This document shows positions 57,727 to 64,000 of a stretch of DNA of 64,000 bases, one piece after another. The stretch comes from Acidobacteriota bacterium (GTDB lineage Bacteria > Acidobacteriota > Terriglobia > Acidiferrales > UBA7541), in the NCBI GenBank assembly GCA_003223315.1, contig QHYR01000253.1:53288-117287 (forward strand), written 5' to 3'. The notes beneath the pieces were generated by a model. That model ran no database searches, was not told the origin of the DNA, and saw only the letters and a program-made list of their open reading frames with translations. Positions within the stretch are counted from its first letter, which is position 1, and the number at the start of each line of letters is the position of its first letter. The translations under genes were made by a program, and so were the position numbers.

Positions 57727-57862
57727 ATCCTGTATCACGGTTTAGGGCGGTTTTCGGCGGCTATTGTTCCCAAATTGTTCCCATTTTGGTGAGGTGAACC
57801 CCTAAAATGGCACAACTTTTTTGGACACAGCTTCCGCTTTCCTAAAAGCGTTCTTGCATCTC

Positions 57863-58825
57863 CTAGCAGGAGAAGGGGTCTGGGGAAGGGGACGGCATTT
57901 GAGTCTCCTTCCCCAGCAGTCCTTTAGAAGTCTTTTTGTTGTTCTCTTCGTTCTCAAAAAACTCCATCGTCGCGCTTCGAGATGCGGCCTGGCACTCAGC
58001 CTTTCGCTCGAATTCTTCCGGAGATCGATAGCCCAACGCCGAGTGCAACCGCTGCCGATTGTAATACCGCTCCATGAACTCTTCGATGTTCGTCCGTAAA
58101 TGTTCTAGGTTCTCGTACTTGTTGGTGTAGATTTCTTCCCGCTTCAGCGTCTTGATGAAGCTTTCGCAGCTGGCATTGTCGTAGGGGTTCGCCGGCCGAC
58201 TCATGCTCGGAATCATGTGGTACTTCTCGAGGATGGCTATATATTCCGCGCGAGCGTATTGAAACCCCCGATCCGAGTGATGCACCAGGCCGGGTTCGGG
58301 CTGTCGGCACTCGATGGCTTGCTCCAGCGCCCCGATCGTTAGTCGAATGGCCAAAGTTCGATCCAGTGCCCAGCCCACCACTTTGCGTGAGAACCCATCG
58401 AGGATCACCGCCAAGTAGACAAATTCCGCCTTCAGCCGAATGTAGGTGATGTCCGCTACCCACAGCTGATTGATCCCGCGCAGCTTCATCCGAGCAGCTA
58501 AGTTCAGATATACCTCGAACTTGTGGTTCGAGTCCGTGGTGACCTTGAACCGCTTCGGCTGTAGGGCCAGCAGGTTATCTTCCCGCATGATCCGCACCAC
58601 CCGTTTGTGGTTTATCTGCATTCCTCGACGGCGCAGCTCCGCGGTGATTCGCCGATAGCCGTAGCGGCGGCGATGCTCCAAGGCAATTTGTTGGATCGCA
58701 GATCGCACTTCCATCTCTTCCTCAACAGGTTGCTGTTCCTGCAGCGACCGGTAAAAGCCCCGGCGGCTGACCGGCACCATCTGACACATGCGCCCGATAC
58801 TCAGGCTGCCTTGCAATGACATCAC
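57863..58825 (-). CDS. IS3 transposase OrfB (DDE integrase core), probably expressed as an OrfAB fusion by -1 frameshift
   Basis: ...WVADITYI...HHSDRGFQY...NASCESFIKTLKRE.... The -1 frame is open from the T TTT TTC heptamer (reverse complement of 58909-58915) in orfA. Confidence 0.85.
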   Translation of the reverse strand: MMSLQGSLSIGRMCQMVPVSRRGFYRSLQEQQPVEEEMEVRSAIQQIALEHRRRYGYRRITAELRRRGMQINHKRVVRIMREDNLLALQPKRFKVTTDSNHKFEVYLNLAARMKLRGINQLWVADITYIRLKAEFVYLAVILDGFSRKVVGWALDRTLAIRLTIGALEQAIECRQPEPGLVHHSDRGFQYARAEYIAILEKYHMIPSMSRPANPYDNASCESFIKTLKREEIYTNKYENLEHLRTNIEEFMERYYNRQRLHSALGYRSPEEFERKAECQAASRSATMEFFENEENNKKTSKGLLGKETQMPSPSPDPFSC

Positions 58826-59163
58826 TTCTCGGATCTGGTCGTAGATGCCATTTCGCCAGAGCCGCTGTTGCGCTGGCGTCGAGCCTCGATTTTTTGCAAG
58901 GCACCTTTGAAAAAATCCACCTCCAGGGTCTTCTCTGCCAAAAGCTGCTTCAAGCGATGGATTTCCTTGCGGTGAGCTGACGCGTGCGTGCTGGGCCGCG
59001 ATGCTTCTTGTCCTGCTTCAACCATCTCCAGCTTCCTACGCCACTTGTAGAGGCACCTCGGTCGTACCCCGAGTTCTCGCGCTAACTCACCGACATCTTC
59101 ACAAGTCTCCATCCGTGCGACAGCCATTCGCTGAAATTTCCGGGAGTATCGCTTTCTCTCCAC
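58822..59163 (-). CDS. IS3 transposase OrfA (HTH)
   Basis: MERKRYSRKFQRMAVARMETCEDVGELARELGVRPRCLYKWRRKLE..., followed by a leucine-zipper-like tail. Confidence 0.85.
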   Translation of the reverse strand: MERKRYSRKFQRMAVARMETCEDVGELARELGVRPRCLYKWRRKLEMVEAGQEASRPSTHASAHRKEIHRLKQLLAEKTLEVDFFKGALQKIEARRQRNSGSGEMASTTRSEK

Positions 59164-59648
59164 TGTGGTTCCTTTCCCGGAAACTGTGCCCCATTTTTAT
59201 GTGTCAGTTCAAGGGTTCACTCCATTGGGGGTGAATGAATCCTGCGAGAATCAACAGATCGATTTTACGTGGTAGTTGGCAAAGAGCTCAGTAGCGAGCC
59301 TGCCTTGGGCGCGTACCGACCGACTCCAACGGCTCCATTCAGCACTTTGACTTCTCTGTGTTTTCATTAATTTGGGGAACCTGCTTTTCGCTCAAAGCTA
59401 ACCCCAATAGCTCGAACAGATGGCATGCTGGCACAGTTTTGGCACAGCTCGGCCTTCGGCAATGAGGGGCAACGAGCGCTGGCGGCCGACGGTAGCCCTC
59501 TGCTGACTGACGTATTTCGGCTGGGTTTACAGCGAATACGAGCCTTGCGCCGCATCGCATGAACCCACTGAATATTCTTCATCGCGCGAATTGGCGGGCC
59601 TTGTTTCCCACCCTTCCGCCAAATGTCAAACTCGTTTCCGATAACAAC

Positions 59649-60731
59649 TCAGCCGGACCAAGTATTGCGGCGGAGGTCCTTCCAGGGACCGCCATCCGCG
59701 TAGCGCTCCGGATATAGGACCCTAGAACGCGGGTCTTCCGCAGTGTCAAGCTGAAGGACCATCCACTTCGGATACGGAACGCCTGGATCCGACGCTGCGT
59801 CCAAGAGCTGGACTTCGTCGTCCGAGAGTCGAAGGTCGACAGCACGAATGTTATCCTCCAGTTGCTCGATCTTCCGGCCGGCGACGATCACACTGCTGAC
59901 GGCTGGCCGTCCCAGCACCCACGAAAGCGCCACGCGGGCCGGGCTTGTATCATGTCGGCCCGCGACTTCCTTCAGCGTTTCCACGACGCGGTAGCCCATC
60001 TCCTTGTCGAAGGGCACGAACGAACCTGCCTCCGCGAATCGAGTGCCGACAGGAGCGGGGTTAGTGCGGCTGTACTTCCCTGTAAGGAAGCCGCCGGCAA
60101 GCGGGCTCCAAACCAGGATGCCGATATTGTAGTACTCCGCGAACGATTGGAACTCGTATTCGAGACCGCGACCGACGAGGCTGTAGTACATCTGCGCCGT
60201 TACGTATCTTTCCAACCCAAGGTGCTCCTGGAGCATAACCGCGGTTGCCGCTTGCCATGACATCAAGTTGGAGAGCCCGATGTAGCGGACCTTACCCTGG
60301 CGGACAATATCGTCGAGGGTTCTCAGCGTCTCCTCGAGTGGCGTGTTGCTGTCCCATCCATGCACCTGGTAAAGATCAATGTAATCGGTCTGCAGTCGTT
60401 TTAGACTGCCCTCTACTTCGCGCATGATGTTCACGCGGGTCGCGCCACTTCGGTTGAAATTCTCGCTCATGGGGAGCCGGACCTTGGTCGCTAAAACGAT
60501 CTCTTGCCTCACATCCCTCAAGGCATTACCCACCAGAGTCTCGCTTTCTCCAAGGCTGTATACGTCCGCTGTATCGATGAAGTTGATTCCGCTGTCGAGG
60601 GCTACCTTCACCATCCGCATTGCGTCCTCTTGACCGAGGTTGCCCATATTCATCCTGCCGCCAAACTGCATCGTGCCAAGGGCCACTTCGCTCACGATCA
60701 GCCCGGTATTCCCCAGTTTTCTATACCTCAT
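59649..60731 (-). CDS. Aldo/keto reductase
   Basis: MRYRKLGNTGLIVSEVALGTMQFGG...DTADVYS...YIDLYQVH..., 360 aa. Confidence 0.9.
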   Translation of the reverse strand: MRYRKLGNTGLIVSEVALGTMQFGGRMNMGNLGQEDAMRMVKVALDSGINFIDTADVYSLGESETLVGNALRDVRQEIVLATKVRLPMSENFNRSGATRVNIMREVEGSLKRLQTDYIDLYQVHGWDSNTPLEETLRTLDDIVRQGKVRYIGLSNLMSWQAATAVMLQEHLGLERYVTAQMYYSLVGRGLEYEFQSFAEYYNIGILVWSPLAGGFLTGKYSRTNPAPVGTRFAEAGSFVPFDKEMGYRVVETLKEVAGRHDTSPARVALSWVLGRPAVSSVIVAGRKIEQLEDNIRAVDLRLSDDEVQLLDAASDPGVPYPKWMVLQLDTAEDPRSRVLYPERYADGGPWKDLRRNTWSG

Positions 60732-60811
60732 CTTCCATACTCCTTCCGCTGCAAACGACCAACGTCAAGGGATAGCGCCTATCGCCCGCCTAGACCGATC
60801 CAGTGCTGGTC

Positions 60812-60997
60812 TCAATCATGTGAGACGGCCGTAGGCTTGCCACTGTCAATACTCGAGGCCGTCTGTTCTCGGCGCCCCAAGGCAGGATCGACCTTGACCG
60901 TTAGAGTGTTGCCGTATATCACCAAAACCAACAGCACGGCGGTGATCGTACCCCAAGAGATCAGCAGCAAAGCTAATGTAGTCGGCATTCCGTTCAT
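60812..60997 (-). CDS. Small single-TM protein (uncertain)
   Basis: MNGMPTTLALLLISWGTITAVLLVLVIYGNTL.... No family recognised. Confidence 0.3.
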   Translation of the reverse strand: MNGMPTTLALLLISWGTITAVLLVLVIYGNTLTVKVDPALGRREQTASSIDSGKPTAVSHD

Positions 60998-61078
60998 GAC
61001 ATCCTCCTTTTGAGTTCGAAAGTGCAAGTGACTTGGCATGACTTCTTCTCCTTACGAAATCGAGACGACGAAGGAAAA

Positions 61079-62122
61079 CTATCTCCGACCGCCGCCTCCG
61101 TGAAAACCGCCTCCGCCATGGAACCCTCCGCCACCGTGAAACCCGCCACCAAAACTCGCGTGACCTCTGGAGGAGTTCGACCTGGCTATGCCACCGTGGT
61201 CAAAGCCGCTGAAGGCACCAGAGTGCGTGCCGGGCTGAATGTGTTGCGGCGAGAACCCGTGGTGCGCGCCCGCAAATCCTCTCGTGTCTAGACTCCCATG
61301 GAAATCGCTGGCGTGACGACCGAGAACGCCGCGATTGATGAACGTCCTGCTGTGGGAAATGTAGGTGTTGTGGTTATAGATGACCGCGCGGTTATGCCAG
61401 TCGAATCCCCAGTGATGCCATCCCCAACCAAAGCCGCCGAAGTAGCCGATTCCGAAACCTACACCGAACCCAATCGCCGGGCCGCCGATGAAAATGCCGG
61501 GAACCGGATACCATCCAGGCCACACCGGTAGAGGCGCGCCGTACACGAGCCAAGGATCGTATGCGGGCACATAGACCACGTCTGGATTGGCTGGTTCTAT
61601 GACGATGGTCTGTCCTTTCGTTCTGACAGTCTGCTGAGGCGTGTTCGTCAGATTTCCCGCCCGCTGTGCACGGCGGCGCATAACCTGAACGGCATCCATC
61701 ACCTGCTGCTGCTGATTTACATAGGCGTCTCCCAGTGATGAGGTCCAGGAGAGATTCTTGTCGAGATTGGCGAGCACCGACGGAAACTGCGTAAGTGCCT
61801 TAACACTAGGATCCCAGGGTTGCTTATCTACCTCATCACCCAGTTGCTTAGCCTTCAAATCGGGGTGCTGTAGCATCCAACGATCTGCTTCCACAATTTC
61901 AGTGGGATATGTTGAGGCCGCAAGAATCTGCGCAACCAACGCATCTGGGTAGAGTGCAATGGGCGCTACCAGTTGCTGCAATTGCTCGGGAGTTCGCTCC
62001 GCGGGTTGAACCGGCGCAGACGTCGTAGAGTCATCTGTCTGATAAGCGAATCCCGCTGGCGCCGTGGCTAACACGAGCGAAAGAATTAATGACAATGCCA
62101 AACTTTGTTTTACCGATTTCAT
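61079..62122 (-). CDS. DUF3300-family secreted protein with Gly/His/Phe-rich C-terminal repeats
   Basis: Signal peptide, then ...LVAPIALYPDALVAQILAASTYPTEIVEADRW..., and the tail GGGFHGGGGFHGGGGFHGGGGRR. Confidence 0.8.
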   Translation of the reverse strand: MKSVKQSLALSLILSLVLATAPAGFAYQTDDSTTSAPVQPAERTPEQLQQLVAPIALYPDALVAQILAASTYPTEIVEADRWMLQHPDLKAKQLGDEVDKQPWDPSVKALTQFPSVLANLDKNLSWTSSLGDAYVNQQQQVMDAVQVMRRRAQRAGNLTNTPQQTVRTKGQTIVIEPANPDVVYVPAYDPWLVYGAPLPVWPGWYPVPGIFIGGPAIGFGVGFGIGYFGGFGWGWHHWGFDWHNRAVIYNHNTYISHSRTFINRGVLGRHASDFHGSLDTRGFAGAHHGFSPQHIQPGTHSGAFSGFDHGGIARSNSSRGHASFGGGFHGGGGFHGGGGFHGGGGRR

Positions 62123-62188
62123 GGTAGATTCTCCTGACTCACAGATGTTTTCCCCGATGCGGATTTATTATGAGAGTTTATGGTTTCC

Positions 62189-63017
62189 TCACTGCGCCTG
62201 ATGCCAGGTGGATTCCGGGTCGTACGTGGTCATCGCTTCTGCAAGCTTTGTGGTGTCGGGACCGAGGTCCTTTTCGTAAATAACTCCCGATGCGTTAACG
62301 ATGAACGTCATTACACCTGAGGAGCGGTAGTCCGCAGGGTAGCCAACAAAAGCGAACCCCGCGGTCATTTTTCCATTGACGACATAATTCTTGGCTCCGC
62401 CTGGCGCATGAGGCCCTTGGCTAGTGAGGATGCGGAAAAAGTAGCCATTGAATGGATACTGATCGCCGCCTTGGTCACTTGGGCTCTTCCCGTACGCATA
62501 AGCGACGAGAGGGTTGATTGGGCTGTCGAAATCGTTGGAAGCGCCCTGCCAGTACAGCCCGTTGTGCCGGCCCTCATCGCTGACTAATTTCTGTGCGAAT
62601 TGCTTGGAGAGGTTTCCCGCCGGCCGCGCAAAATATTGCTTCTGCGCTGCAACCAAGTCGCGGCACGCGTCCATGGCAGTAATTTCATTAGTGCCTATGC
62701 GGCGAAAGAGGATCTCGTCTCTGCCCACGAGCGTGTCGAAATACCAAGCACCGTGGTTGTTTACCAAGGGAATCGGAAAGGGCCAGTTCTCGGCGCCGAC
62801 AACCAGCGTGACCGTGCCGTTCGGTTCTGTCACGAACCGATGCATCTCCTGGTACTTGACGACGAAGCTCAGGAGACGCAAAAGTCCGTTGTCCCGGCTG
62901 CTGGGCAAATGCTGGCGCAAACCAGGAGCCCACGAAAAGTGCGAATAGAATCACGGCAGCAAATCGAGCAAAGCTCTTCTTCTGAAAGTAAACTGCGATC
63001 GACTTTCTCTGCGGCAT
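62189..63017 (-). pseudogene. DUF2950-family secreted protein, apparent frameshift after the signal peptide
   Basis: The signal peptide MPQRKSIAVYFQKKSFARFAAVILFALFVGSWFAPAFAQQPGQRTFASPE is in one frame. The body ...FVVKYQEMHRFVTEPNGTVTLVVGAENWPFPIPLV... is in another. The frames switch at about 62866-62872. Confidence 0.6.
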
Positions 63018-63146
63018 GGCGTTCCTCTCATTTCTTTGAGTAATCCGTTCGCTTCAAAACCATTGCCGAACAACTTCGTAACTTTCCTCATAGCCGTCCG
63101 TCCCTGCGTGCGACCGATTGGCCGCACGCAAAGAACGGGACAAGCG

Positions 63147-63674
63147 TTATTTCTTGGGCTCTGGAGGGAATTTCTTAATCATTTTCTCGACGCCCTTGTC
63201 GAGGTTGTCGATATTCTTTTCGGACTTGTTGGAAAGCGTGTCGCTGGCCGATCCGCGCCACACTAGCTGCTTTGTGTTTGTATCGAATAGGTCGACGACG
63301 AGGGTTCCGACCTTGTAATTCTCTGTCGTTGTAGTGGCATCTCCAAATCCGCCCCAGCGCCAGCCTCCGCCGAAACCGTTATAAAACGTGTCGAGCGTCT
63401 GCTGATTCTTGGTTGTCTCCATGGCCACGAGGGTGAGGTCCCCACCTGACGAAACTTCCGTGAAACCCTTCGCCGCCAAAGCGCCATTCACTGCGCTCTT
63501 GATCCGGTTGACCATCAGCGGATCCTGTGTCTGGACTTGTCCCCACGAGTAGGTCTTGTATTGGGTAAAGTTTGCGTTGCGATCGTAGTCGGTCTTCACG
63601 TCTTGAGCTGACGACCTGCCTGCGAGCAGCAACATCATTCCCATCAAAACGAGTACGACTCTTGGAAGTTTCAT
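63147..63674 (-). CDS. DUF4136-family lipoprotein/secreted protein
   Basis: Signal peptide, then ...DVKTDYDRNANFTQYKTYSW.... Confidence 0.75.
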   Translation of the reverse strand: MKLPRVVLVLMGMMLLLAGRSSAQDVKTDYDRNANFTQYKTYSWGQVQTQDPLMVNRIKSAVNGALAAKGFTEVSSGGDLTLVAMETTKNQQTLDTFYNGFGGGWRWGGFGDATTTTENYKVGTLVVDLFDTNTKQLVWRGSASDTLSNKSEKNIDNLDKGVEKMIKKFPPEPKK

Positions 63675-63762
63675 ATTTCCTCCTTTTGGAACTCTCGAGC
63701 TGAATTTCTTGCGCGAGATAAAGCGGCCTGCTCGCGCTCAGGCGATTGCTGTTGAGCGATCC

Positions 63763-64000
63763 TTACCTTCCCTGTTGCTCCTGGTGATATGCAGGTACGT
63801 GTTCCTGGGCTTCCTGTGTCGCCTGGCTGACCCTCTTCTCGTACTGGGATTCGGGCACTTTGCTGCCGTCCGGATTGCCTTCGTCAAAAATCTTGGCAAG
63901 GAAATAGCGATTGCCGTACTTGTTGAAGATCAATTCGTTCTTAGGCGGAACGGTGTTGGACTCTGCGTTCTCGACTTCGAAAAGAGCAGAGGTGGAGCCG
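63763..64000 (-). CDS. Hypothetical protein, 5'-partial (runs off window end)
   Basis: The minus frame is open from the window end to TAA (reverse complement of 63763-63765): ...ALFEVENAESNTVPPKNELIFNKYGNRYFLAKIFDEGNPDGSKVPESQYEKRVSQATQEAQEH.... It is absent from the ORF track because it has no Met. Confidence 0.5.
   Translation of the reverse strand, partial: GSTSALFEVENAESNTVPPKNELIFNKYGNRYFLAKIFDEGNPDGSKVPESQYEKRVSQATQEAQEHVPAYHQEQQGR

Larger units (their letters stand above)
57795..59209 (-). mobile_element. IS3-family insertion sequence (ends within about 8 bp)
   Basis: Imperfect IRs are TGAACCCCTAAAATGGCACAAC (57795-) and the reverse complement of ...AAGGGTTCA (59201-59209), TGAACCCTTGAACTGACACATA. 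orfA and orfB overlap. No clear target duplication was found. Confidence 0.8.

Noticed and set aside
58893-58901. A-run (CAA AAA ATC on the minus strand) as the IS3 frameshift site.
   Set aside because: In the orfA frame the heptamer reads A AAA ATC, so the A-site codon cannot re-pair after a -1 slip. The phased T TTT TTC eight codons upstream is the better candidate.
59296-59325. Plus-strand CCTGCCTTGGGCGC, which resembles the missing tRNA-Pro anticodon stem-loop 5' side.
   Set aside because: Only about 14 nt match, the orientation is opposite to the 57681-57726 fragment, and there is no D arm or acceptor sequence nearby. This is probably chance. It is noted in case a search links it to the att site.
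1-64000. CRISPR arrays, rRNA genes, intact tRNAs, reverse transcriptases, retrons and DGRs.
   Set aside because: I looked for regularly spaced direct repeats, rRNA-like conserved blocks, cloverleaf-capable segments and YxDD motifs while reading all frames. None were seen. This was checked by eye only and should be confirmed with CRISPRCasFinder, barrnap and tRNAscan-SE.

Overview
Mosaic bacterial chromosomal window. The protein families suggest an Acidobacteriota-like soil organism; this is inference only. Layout: (1) 1-10.3 kb holds exopolysaccharide genes of the exosortase/PEP-CTERM type: LMW-PTP, polysaccharide deacetylase, GT4, heparinase II/III-like, AsnB-like amidotransferase, a secreted beta-helix protein and YdcF. 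(2) 10.3-23.8 kb is a decayed mosaic. It contains several frameshifted or deleted genes, three direct copies of a small HNH-endonuclease cassette, and a phage-like recombination operon. In that operon a PD-(D/E)XK nuclease gene is cleanly split by an IS21-family element whose istA carries an internal deletion. (3) 23.9-30 kb is the exosortase core: PEP-CTERM metalloprotease, exosortase, EpsI, PrsT-like TPR lipoprotein and a PEP-CTERM protein. (4) 30-33 kb is a junction zone with an IS110 transposase fragment, a PilZ gene and an XRE/zinc-ribbon membrane pair. (5) About 33-57.7 kb is an integrative conjugative element carrying ardC-like, an orphan DPPY methyltransferase, a sigma/ZAS anti-sigma pair, virB2-3-4-9-10-5-6-8, a membrane twin-HTH regulator, two Replic_Relax-like genes, a heavily structured candidate oriT, virD4, virB11, a RepB-type primase, xis and int. 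It ends at a 46-nt tRNA-Pro 3' fragment. The ICE looks inactivated. A 5-kb three-tyrosine-recombinase (RIT-type) element sits inside ardC with 8-bp direct repeats, ardC also has an in-frame TAG, virB11 has lost its Walker A region, and the virD4 5' end needs a frameshift. No canonical relaxase is recognisable. (6) 57.8-59.2 kb is an IS3-family element. (7) 59.6-64 kb holds ordinary chromosomal genes: aldo/keto reductase, DUF3300, DUF2950, DUF4136 and a partial CDS. No rRNA, intact tRNA or CRISPR array was seen. All family assignments come from reading translated motifs by eye. No searches were run.
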